64,000 nt of DNA from an uncultured Opitutales bacterium (GTDB lineage: Bacteria > Verrucomicrobiota > Verrucomicrobiia > Opitutales > Intestinicryptomonadaceae), in the NCBI GenBank assembly GCA_944391135.1, contig CALXSL010000010.1:14225-78224 (forward strand), read 5' to 3'. The position numbers and the translations under genes were made by a program. The notes below the pieces were generated by a model. That model did not search any database and was not told the DNA's origin. It saw only the letters and a list, made by a program, of their open reading frames with translations. Positions 35,366-41,904 of this stretch are shown here, in pieces (within the stretch, counting starts at the first letter, position 1; every line of letters starts with the position of its first letter).

Positions 35366-35677
35366 CTATGCATCGCCATAGCCATAGCCATCGCCATCGC
35401 CATAGCCATAGCCATCGCCATCGCCATAGCCATCGCCATCGCTAGAGCCATCGCCATAGCCAGAGCCATAGCCATAGCCATAGCCATCGCCAGAGCCATA
35501 GCCATAGCCAGAGCCAGAGCCAGAGCCATAGCCAGAGCCAGAGCCAGAGCCAGAGCCATAGCCATCGCCAGAGCCATCGCCAGAGCCATCTCCATAGCCA
35601 TCGCCATCGCCAGAGCCATAGCCAGAGCCATCGCCAGAGCCATTGCCAGAGCCAATTTTTACGATTTCATCGTCCAT
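35366..35677 (-). CDS. (Gly-X)n low-complexity acidic protein, X = Asp/Ser/Tyr
   Basis: 103-aa ORF: MDDEIVKI, then Gly at every second residue. ATG 35677 lies 19 nt inside the upstream gene. Same strand and packing as the surrounding early operon. Confidence 0.5.
   Translation of the reverse strand: MDDEIVKIGSGNGSGDGSGYGSGDGDGYGDGSGDGSGDGYGSGSGSGSGYGSGSGSGYGYGSGDGYGYGYGSGYGDGSSDGDGYGDGDGYGYGDGDGYGYGDA
35372..35655. repeat. ~47 tandem hexanucleotide units (GGC-GAT/TAT/TCT on minus strand)
   Basis: Uninterrupted period-6 array on the plus strand (gccatc/gccata/gccaga), with only single-base variants. Confidence 0.95.
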
Positions 35678-36045
35678 ACCGGCACGCTTTCTATGCTCTT
35701 TTTAGCGGTCTCTGTTACCCGCAACACCTCTATAACCTCCGTGAGCTCCACCTGCGGAACAGCTACGGGGAACTTGCAACTTGACGGTGTGCTTGTCCCG
35801 CTTACGGCAAGCTCAGAAAGACTTGCGGCGCCTGACCAATACCAGATTCGGCGGGCATTCAAAAGCATCGCCTCTTTGCCATTGCGCTCTTTTAAATATC
35901 CGGCAAATACGCCGGCAGAATATGTGCGCGCAATTACGTACGGCATCCCGTCAATATTTTGCGCTAATGCGGAATTTTCCGCCGACGATTTTTTGACGTA
36001 TTTTTCGCCGTTAACTTCAATCTCGTTCATGTTGATTTCGCTCAT
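35659..36045 (-). CDS. conserved phage protein of unknown function
   Basis: 128 aa. YVIARTYSAGVFAGYLKERNGKEAMLLNARRIWYWSGAASLSELA looks like a globular conserved phage family. Confidence 0.55.
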   Translation of the reverse strand: MSEINMNEIEVNGEKYVKKSSAENSALAQNIDGMPYVIARTYSAGVFAGYLKERNGKEAMLLNARRIWYWSGAASLSELAVSGTSTPSSCKFPVAVPQVELTEVIEVLRVTETAKKSIESVPVWTMKS

Positions 36046-36078
36046 GTTTTTTCCTGTTTTTTTGTTTTAGGTTCAAGT

Positions 36079-36261
36079 TTAATACGTTCCGTATAGGCTT
36101 GGCTCGCTTAGCCACATAAGCAGGCTGTACACCATCATCAGAACAAAGCCGCCTACAATCAGCACCCCGCCAATAAATTCCCAACGGGCCGCACTTACAT
36201 GTTTTCTTGCCTCGGCAGCGCACTCTTCGGGCGTTTTGAAACGTTGAGCGTAGTCAATCAT
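36079..36261 (-). CDS. small membrane protein
   Basis: Internal ATG 36261 (ATGA overlap). 60 aa with one TM (FIGGVLIVGGFVLMMVYSLLMW). Confidence 0.45.
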   Translation of the reverse strand: MIDYAQRFKTPEECAAEARKHVSAARWEFIGGVLIVGGFVLMMVYSLLMWLSEPSLYGTY

Positions 36262-36506
36262 GCCGAGACCCTCTTTTTTCTGACGGCTGCCAAACGCAGG
36301 CATGCCGCACGGCTGTAAAGGTGCGCGCCCTTGCCGCCGGGCTTGATTTCAGGATATTTGCGCGCGATATTAAACAACGCGCGTTTCGACCTAATGCCCA
36401 AAATGCGCATGGCGTCGTCGCTCCTGATGTCGTCCTCGCCGCTTTTGTTTAACGACAGGCAAACCGCGCAGACGATAGCGTCAATATCCTCTTGATCGAG
36501 CGTCAT
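36258..36506 (-). CDS. HTH (excisionase/AlpA-like) protein, first gene of leftward early operon
   Basis: 82 aa. AMRILGIRSKRALFNIARKYPEIK...HLYSRAACLRL. An SD-like GGAGAGGAAA lies upstream. Confidence 0.5.
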   Translation of the reverse strand: MTLDQEDIDAIVCAVCLSLNKSGEDDIRSDDAMRILGIRSKRALFNIARKYPEIKPGGKGAHLYSRAACLRLAAVRKKRVSA

Positions 36507-36598
36507 TCTATTTCCTCTCCGGCTTGTTTTGAGTTGCCCTCTTCTATTGGGGTTTTTAATTGGTTTGATTCTTCACAAATATATGCTTTTGTGTGCTT

Positions 36599-37039
36599 AT
36601 GATTGCCAATATCGCCTTGAATATTAAGGACTTCTTCTTTGAAAATAGTGAAACCATTGCCGCCGGCATTATTACAAGCGTTACGGTTGCCTTTTTTATT
36701 TTCGTCGTAAGGAAATGTTGTATTGGCGTGAAAAAGCGGACAAGAAGGAGCCTCAAATGCAAACAAGCCAATATTGTCAAAAAAATCAGCACCCTCACCT
36801 CCGACGAAATCGGCCTGCTCAAAGCCCTTTGCAAAAGCAGGCTCGTGCAATACCCCTTGAGAGAGAAACAGCTTACTGAAGTCAAGCACCTCCAACGCTT
36901 GGGGTTGATAGAATGCCTCACTCCTGAGACCGAACTCGTAAAGCATGTTGCTACCTACACCATTCCCGCCGAAATTAGAAGCCATGTCGGAAATGCGATT
37001 CTCTATATTTCCAACAAAAATCATGATGATTGCCAGTAG
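36599..37039 (+). CDS. SieB-like superinfection-exclusion membrane protein, paralog A (strand assignment uncertain)
   Basis: TM SETIAAGIITSVTVAFFIFVV, then ISTLTSDEIGLLKALCKSRLVQYPLREKQLTEVKHLQRLGLIE...YTIPAEIRSHV. This matches the recalled SieB C-domain pattern (LSxxExxxLxxF...GII...Y.I.P). An in-register antisense ORF exists. Confidence 0.4.
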   Translation: MIANIALNIKDFFFENSETIAAGIITSVTVAFFIFVVRKCCIGVKKRTRRSLKCKQANIVKKISTLTSDEIGLLKALCKSRLVQYPLREKQLTEVKHLQRLGLIECLTPETELVKHVATYTIPAEIRSHVGNAILYISNKNHDDCQ

Positions 37040-37095
37040 CGTTATTTTTATAAAATCCATAGCTACTTACCCTCCTGTGCGGATTTTGAATTTAT

Positions 37096-37545
37096 TTGCC
37101 TTTCCCTTTTAACCAGAGTTGGCTTTCTTTTGTGATTTCTGAAATTATTGCCATGACCGTTTCGGCGATTATCTCCTCCGGCATTGCTTTCGCAGCTGGC
37201 AGGTGTTGGGAGCGCCGCAGCGCAAATATCTTCCGAAAGAACATTGCGCAAGACATATACGCGTTTATAGATTCCTGCACGGACTACCAAAAAAGCTTCA
37301 TCGCCTATATCGCGAAAGAACCGAAAGGCAGCGTCTTTTCGCCCAGATGCTTTGAGGACAAAACATTCATTTCCTTTGCCGTCAGCCGAGAGTTTCTTGT
37401 ATGCACAAATACGGACTCCAAAATATATGCGCTGACGCCTCTTGTTCTTAACATACTCCAAAACGAAGGCAAAGAGCTTGTAAGCGGCATACCCTGCACC
37501 AAAGAAGAATATCAGGAAAAGAAGAAGAAATTTTATAGTGTCTAA
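37096..37545 (+). CDS. SieB-like membrane protein, paralog B (strand assignment uncertain)
   Basis: TTG start. SEIIAMTVSAIISSGIAFAAGRCW aligns with the paralog A TM. It is followed by FIDSCTDYQKSFIAYIAKEPKG...YALTPLVLNIL and a Lys/Glu tail. Confidence 0.4.
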   Translation: MPFPFNQSWLSFVISEIIAMTVSAIISSGIAFAAGRCWERRSANIFRKNIAQDIYAFIDSCTDYQKSFIAYIAKEPKGSVFSPRCFEDKTFISFAVSREFLVCTNTDSKIYALTPLVLNILQNEGKELVSGIPCTKEEYQEKKKKFYSV

Positions 37546-37650
37546 TGCATCCATAGCTACTTCCCCTCCGGCTTGTTTTCAGGTGTCTTTGTGGTAGGGC
37601 GCCTTGCCTCAACCGCTTGACTTTTAATAGTGCGTTGGAAAAATACATTC

Positions 37651-37989
37651 ATGGAAATCAGCAAATTTGTATCCGAGGTTTTAGTTGGAATTTTCGAGGG
37701 CGTTTCCGACGCCCAAGTCAAAATTGAAGAGAAAGGTGGAATAATTAATCCGCCCGCGCACACCGACACGCGCGGCGAAGTTTTTGCCAATGTCAGCAGT
37801 GCAACCAGCCAGCGCAAATTGTGCGTCGCAGAATTTAACGTCGCCCTTTCGGTCACGAACAACGAACAAAAGGGCGGGAAGATTGGAGTTTTGTTCGCAA
37901 GTCTCGGCGTCGGCGGGAAGCTCGAAAGCAGCGTCGCCGCATCCAATGTTACAAGCGTCAAGTTCTCCGTTCCGTATGTACTGCCTTAG
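37651..37989 (+). CDS. trypco2-like small beta-rich protein
   Basis: 112 aa. MEISKFVSEVLVGIFEGVSDAQVKIEEKGGIINP ... EFNVALSVTNNEQKGGKIGVLFASLGVGGKLESS...VKFSVPYVLP matches the recalled trypsin-co-occurring-domain-2 family pattern. Confidence 0.5.
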   Translation: MEISKFVSEVLVGIFEGVSDAQVKIEEKGGIINPPAHTDTRGEVFANVSSATSQRKLCVAEFNVALSVTNNEQKGGKIGVLFASLGVGGKLESSVAASNVTSVKFSVPYVLP

Positions 37990-38129
37990 CTCATCTTCAT
38001 CGTAGGGCTCCACTAGTTGCGGCGCGGTTGTATCGCGCGCAATATACACATTGCCTTCATTGTCCGCAGATATGCCGATTATCGCATCAAGCAATATAGC
38101 GGCTCGTTTTACGCAGATAAATGTTTTCA

Positions 38130-38318
38130 TTACTTTATTTCCCCTTTTGCGGACTTTACGCATTTAAATGCCTTGCTTTTATTGCAAAAAAAAGAAGATA
38201 CTTTTTCCCTTATCGCTTCCCTGACAATATCAGATTCGCTTAGCTCGCGTTTCTTGGCTATTGCCTTTAAAGCAGCCCTTGTCTCGGGCTTTAATCTGAA
38301 TGTTAATTGTTCTGACAT
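38130..38318 (-). CDS. ribbon-helix-helix (Arc/CopG-like) regulator
   Basis: 62 aa. LTFRLKPETRAALKAIAKKRELSESDIVREAIREKV. Confidence 0.7.
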   Translation of the reverse strand: MSEQLTFRLKPETRAALKAIAKKRELSESDIVREAIREKVSSFFCNKSKAFKCVKSAKGEIK

Positions 38319-38333
38319 GCTTATTCCTTTTTA

Positions 38334-38360
38334 TAAACGCAATTAAATGCCATGCGTTTA
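38334..38360. promoter_or_regulatory. Candidate operator: inverted repeat TAAACGCA-N11-TGCGTTTA
   Basis: Perfect 8-bp arms in the 116-bp AT-rich gap between the divergent RHH genes. TGCAAAA direct repeats at 38379 and 38389 are 10 bp apart. Confidence 0.45.
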
Positions 38361-38434
38361 ATGTGTCAATAAAAATATTGCAAAATAATGCAAAAAATAT
38401 TTGGTTTTAAGAATATTTTTAATTAGAGAAACTT

Positions 38435-38665
38435 ATGAATCCTAAAGGCAGACCAAAAGTTGCCCCCGAAAATAGGGGAGAAAACGTCACCATCAGAATT
38501 TCATCCACATTAAGAAAGAAAGTAGATGAACTTGCTGAAAAAGAAGGAATGGCGGCGTCAGCACTCATTCGAAAAGCAATTCAGGAATACATTAGGAGAC
38601 ATAAGCCTCTCCTTGATAATTTAGATGATGTTCTTGATGCGATTGAGCGCAATCAAGAAAAATAA
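38435..38665 (+). CDS. ribbon-helix-helix (CopG/Mnt-like) regulator, candidate prophage repressor
   Basis: 76 aa. ENVTIRISSTLRKKVDELAEKEGMAASALIRKAIQEYI. Confidence 0.7.
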   Translation: MNPKGRPKVAPENRGENVTIRISSTLRKKVDELAEKEGMAASALIRKAIQEYIRRHKPLLDNLDDVLDAIERNQEK

Positions 38666-38899
38666 AGGCCGTTCATAGCCGTCTGGGATACTTTTTACCC
38701 ATTGCCGGGCCTGCTTCTTGTTTCTGATTTGGTTAAGCTCATCAAATAATAACTTAGCCTCATCAGCAATGAATTTTACATCTATCTTTCCCATATCATT
38801 AGAAGCGGCATGGGAGCGAGCGTGAGTAATTTTATTCGTCATGATATTAGTTTTCAACCCCTGCTGGGGCTGCCTTTTGTGATGTGATTTATAGCTCAT
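38621..38899 (-). CDS. hypothetical protein (second gene of coupled pair)
   Basis: ATG 38899 forms an ATGA overlap with the upstream stop. 92 aa. The 3' end overlaps the convergent RHH gene by 45 nt. Confidence 0.4.
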   Translation of the reverse strand: MSYKSHHKRQPQQGLKTNIMTNKITHARSHAASNDMGKIDVKFIADEAKLLFDELNQIRNKKQARQWVKSIPDGYERPLFFLIALNRIKNII

Positions 38900-39189
38900 T
38901 TCCACTGCCAGAGCTTGTCGGCAGGGTTAAGTCGCCTCACGAACGACTGCGCTCTCCAGAAGAGAGTGGGCGGACGGCTCACGCGGTGCCCGCCAACGGA
39001 AAACTCTTTCATTTTCTGATTCGATATTTTTACCCTGCTCGATAGTTTGTAAACAACAAAATTTTGAACCGCCCCGTAGGGCTTTTGAACACTGAGAAAA
39101 ATTTTTCCGTCCGCCTTTAAAGGCGCATTATAGGCCGATTTAGACAGTATATTAAGCTTAAGCTCCCTTTGGATACGCAGATTATTCAT
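38896..39189 (-). CDS. hypothetical protein (first gene of coupled pair)
   Basis: 97-aa ORF with ATG 39189, AT-rich codon usage and no recognised motif. Confidence 0.45.
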   Translation of the reverse strand: MNNLRIQRELKLNILSKSAYNAPLKADGKIFLSVQKPYGAVQNFVVYKLSSRVKISNQKMKEFSVGGHRVSRPPTLFWRAQSFVRRLNPADKLWQWK

Positions 39190-39377
39190 GCTTTCATTTT
39201 ACTAAAAAACAGATTCCTGCGCAAATCGCCGTGATCGTTGTGGTCGATAATGCTGATTTTTTTTATAAAAATTTCAAACCTACAGAAAATTTAACATATT
39301 AAAATGCATACCTTAGAGGGAATATTTTTGACTTTTTATACTTAAATATCAAAATAATTTCCATAAAAAATGGCATC

Positions 39378-40556
39378 ATGACAAGTAGGCAACGTAATTT
39401 TATAATTTCGCTAGGAGGAACACCAAATCCGGACATGACCGTCAAAGAGGCGTCAGAATTAATTGACGTACTAATTGACAAGAGAGATATCGCAATAGGT
39501 GACATCGCATCCGAGAAACAAATAGCTCATATAATTGCTCTCGGCGGAAAACCAGAATTCCCTATGAGCGTTTACAAAGCATCTCGACTCATCGATTCTC
39601 TCTATCAAAAGAAAATAGACGAAGACGAAACAAACGTCAAAATAAGGGATCGTCGTTCCGCAGAAAGAGCAAAAAAAAGAGCAGAAGAAAAAAGAATTGA
39701 AGAAGAGTTTTTGAACTTCAAAGTCAAAATCTCTGACGAGGACATTGATAATATAATATCCCAAGTTCCAGACTACCACCGCAAGGCGACACCGATTCAG
39801 AAAGAATCAATCACAAGATATTTAGGAGAATCGGAAAGAACATCGGCATTATTGACAAAGTTGAATTCCAAGCAGGCCAAAGAACTAATCAAAAAGCTTG
39901 AAGAACTGCGCTATATTCAATCGGGAGAAGCGGAACGCGATAAGCTTGAAGCACAACGCGAAGCGGAAGAGGAAGCCCGCGAAGCCGAAGAAGCGCTATT
40001 AGAAGAAATAGACGACGCATTTTATATAGATAAAAGCAATCCGGAATGGGAAAAGCTTCCGCCAACAGCGGAACAGGAATGTTTTTTGCGGTTTAAGAAA
40101 AAATATTCCGAAGATGACAGTCGCGGCGATGCTTTAAAAAAAATAATTGAAATCAGAAGACGTGAATTGAAAAGAGATCCCCTTTCGGAACTTAACATGG
40201 GGCCGCTTCGTCCATGGGCGAAAATAAAATGGCTGCATGCAAGTCTTCTTATGGACGAATTAATGATGGGAGGGTTTGATTATGAAGGCGATTACAAATG
40301 GGGCGATATTGACACTGTCTTAGCTGAATTGAACGATGTTTACGGCAACTGGGAAGCTGAGACAAAATACCGCGAATTTCTTGCGGAAAATTCAGAATTG
40401 GAAGAACCGGAAATGTTGAGGATACTAATAGAAGGGTATAAGAAAAAAATCCGAGGGAAAAAAGTAAAAAAAACGAATGCAAATGAAGCTTCCGGTTGTT
40501 TATCCATGCTTATTATTGCAGTTGCTCCATTCTTTATTTTTCAAATTATCGCTTAA
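39378..40556 (+). CDS. tail-anchored membrane protein with triplicated N-terminal helical module and acidic coiled coil
   Basis: 392 aa. Repeats at residues 3-33 and 45-76 (QxxFIxSLGGxP...MxVxxASxLIDxL) plus a third degenerate copy. EAQREAEEEAREAEEALLEEI. C-terminal TM CLSMLIIAVAPFFIFQIIA. Confidence 0.6.
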   Translation: MTSRQRNFIISLGGTPNPDMTVKEASELIDVLIDKRDIAIGDIASEKQIAHIIALGGKPEFPMSVYKASRLIDSLYQKKIDEDETNVKIRDRRSAERAKKRAEEKRIEEEFLNFKVKISDEDIDNIISQVPDYHRKATPIQKESITRYLGESERTSALLTKLNSKQAKELIKKLEELRYIQSGEAERDKLEAQREAEEEAREAEEALLEEIDDAFYIDKSNPEWEKLPPTAEQECFLRFKKKYSEDDSRGDALKKIIEIRRRELKRDPLSELNMGPLRPWAKIKWLHASLLMDELMMGGFDYEGDYKWGDIDTVLAELNDVYGNWEAETKYREFLAENSELEEPEMLRILIEGYKKKIRGKKVKKTNANEASGCLSMLIIAVAPFFIFQIIA

Positions 40557-41718
40557 TAAGCATCGAATCCGGCACAATGCTGAAATAGGCCTTGGAATCT
40601 TCCTCCGTTGCCACGGCCTTGTAAAATTTTTTGTAGACCTTGTAATCGTGCCCAAGTATTTCGACGGACTTTTCCACGCCAAAGACGTGATACGCGTATG
40701 AGGCAAAGCTGTGGCGCAATACATCCTGAGACATGGAATACGGAAGCGTTTTCTTGCTTTGAATCCATTGCTGATAAACGTTTTTGGTTGTGGTGCGTTT
40801 GCCAACAGGCCGCAACATGTTCATTTCGGAGGGGTAAATCGCCCTCCATCCCTTTATCGGCTCAAGCCACGGCCAAATATTCGCCAGCCCGGTTATAATC
40901 CGCGTTTCCCTAGTTTTTGCCACAGACGCGCGCACAATAATCCGTTTGCGCTCAAAATCAATGTCCGAAAACTTGAGGCAGTCGCTTTTTGCGTTTTTAT
41001 CCGACTTGTCGTAAATGAGTTCCTCGGGGCGAATCCCCGCAAAAGCCATAAGGGCATACAAGGGCTTAAATTCCGGACGCATCGCATTGATATTCGCCTC
41101 GGTTTCCTTGGGGGTCATGATTTGAATTTCAGCCTTATCACCAAGTATTTTGGGGATTTTCACTTTTTTAAACACATTTTCGGCGGCATAACCGGAATCG
41201 CATAAAAAAGACCAAAAAGCGCGCAAGGCGCGTTTTGCCTGCGGCTTGCTCCTAACAGCATCCATATACATTTGCGCGCTCTCAGCGGAGAAATGCGACG
41301 CTTCTTTGAAGCCGCAAGCCTTGCACCATTTTAAGAACCTTTTTATATGATCCTCATAAAAGCCATAAGTACGCGGCCGAACCTTTTTTGCTTCAAGAAA
41401 GGCAAGAAATTTGGCTTGCGCATCAGGGAATAAGAGAGTCGGCCGCTGCGAGTCCTTTAAGAATTTTTGGAACATGGGTACAGCATCATGCAAAGAAAGT
41501 CCATATTCTGCACACAACTTTTTTATTTTTGCAACATCGCCCCTCTCGACGCCGTCGATTTGAAGCTCCGACGGCATCTTTTTTTCCGCCTTGTTGGAGA
41601 GCTCGAATTCTTCAGCCTCGGTACGCGTGGCAAAAGTCGCCGAAATGATTTTGCCGTCTATGTTCTTGCAGCGCACCAAAAATGGCTTTGACTTGCGCTT
41701 AATTTTTTGGATACTCAT
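40546..41718 (-). CDS. int: tyrosine recombinase / phage integrase
   Basis: ATG 41718 (track TTG 41733). The catalytic region is VLRHSFASYAYH...ILGHDYKVYKKFY. Adjacent to attR. Confidence 0.85.
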   Translation of the reverse strand: MSIQKIKRKSKPFLVRCKNIDGKIISATFATRTEAEEFELSNKAEKKMPSELQIDGVERGDVAKIKKLCAEYGLSLHDAVPMFQKFLKDSQRPTLLFPDAQAKFLAFLEAKKVRPRTYGFYEDHIKRFLKWCKACGFKEASHFSAESAQMYMDAVRSKPQAKRALRAFWSFLCDSGYAAENVFKKVKIPKILGDKAEIQIMTPKETEANINAMRPEFKPLYALMAFAGIRPEELIYDKSDKNAKSDCLKFSDIDFERKRIIVRASVAKTRETRIITGLANIWPWLEPIKGWRAIYPSEMNMLRPVGKRTTTKNVYQQWIQSKKTLPYSMSQDVLRHSFASYAYHVFGVEKSVEILGHDYKVYKKFYKAVATEEDSKAYFSIVPDSMLIKR

Positions 41719-41764
41719 TTTTCCGAAAATCAAAAGGTTCTTTTAAGGAATATTACGGCAAAAA

Positions 41765-41785
41765 GTGTTGCAGAGTGTTGCAGAG
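41765..41785 (+). repeat. Tandem GTGTTGCAGAGTGTTGCAGAG, candidate arm-type integrase site (attR side)
   Basis: Same decamer pair as 8047-8068, in the same orientation. Confidence 0.55.
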
Positions 41786-41814
41786 TTTACAACAAAAAAT
41801 GCCGATTTTTGCAC

Positions 41815-41836
41815 GAAAAGTCGGAAAAGTCGGAAG
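41815..41836 (+). repeat. Tandem GAAAAGTCG x2 (+GAAG)
   Basis: Direct 9-bp tandem repeat between int and attR. Possibly an accessory-factor binding site. Confidence 0.35.
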
Positions 41837-41904
41837 TTAAAAAACAAAATGCAAGATTTGTAACATACTAAAAAACAGCTAAATGCCCATAAAATAAGGA
41901 ATTT

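Noticed and set aside
35372-35655. The tandem repeat considered as a CRISPR array.
   Set aside because: The period is 6 nt with no spacers, no repeat/spacer alternation and no cas genes. It is a coding microsatellite, not a CRISPR.
35323-36070. ORFs 35323..35655 (-) encoding (M-A-L-A)n and 35327..36070 (+) encoding (A-I)n/(A-R)n across the hexamer array.
   Set aside because: All six frames are open across a stop-free hexamer repeat. These two frames run through the hairpin or antisense to a well-supported gene (35659-36045). They also lack the operon-consistent start/stop context that the Gly-X frame has.
36503-38163. Minus-strand ORFs 36503..37060, 37063..37554, 37557..37961 and 37681..38163 considered as the real genes of this stretch.
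   Set aside because: They are not called as features. They are in-register complements of ORFs with recognisable family-like sequence. The 185-aa ORF is ~10% Phe, and their pseudo-TM starts mirror Lys/Glu tails. 37557..37961 is Pro/Ser/Thr-rich noise over most of its length. Their SD-ATG junctions and coupling keep the question open (see the finding).
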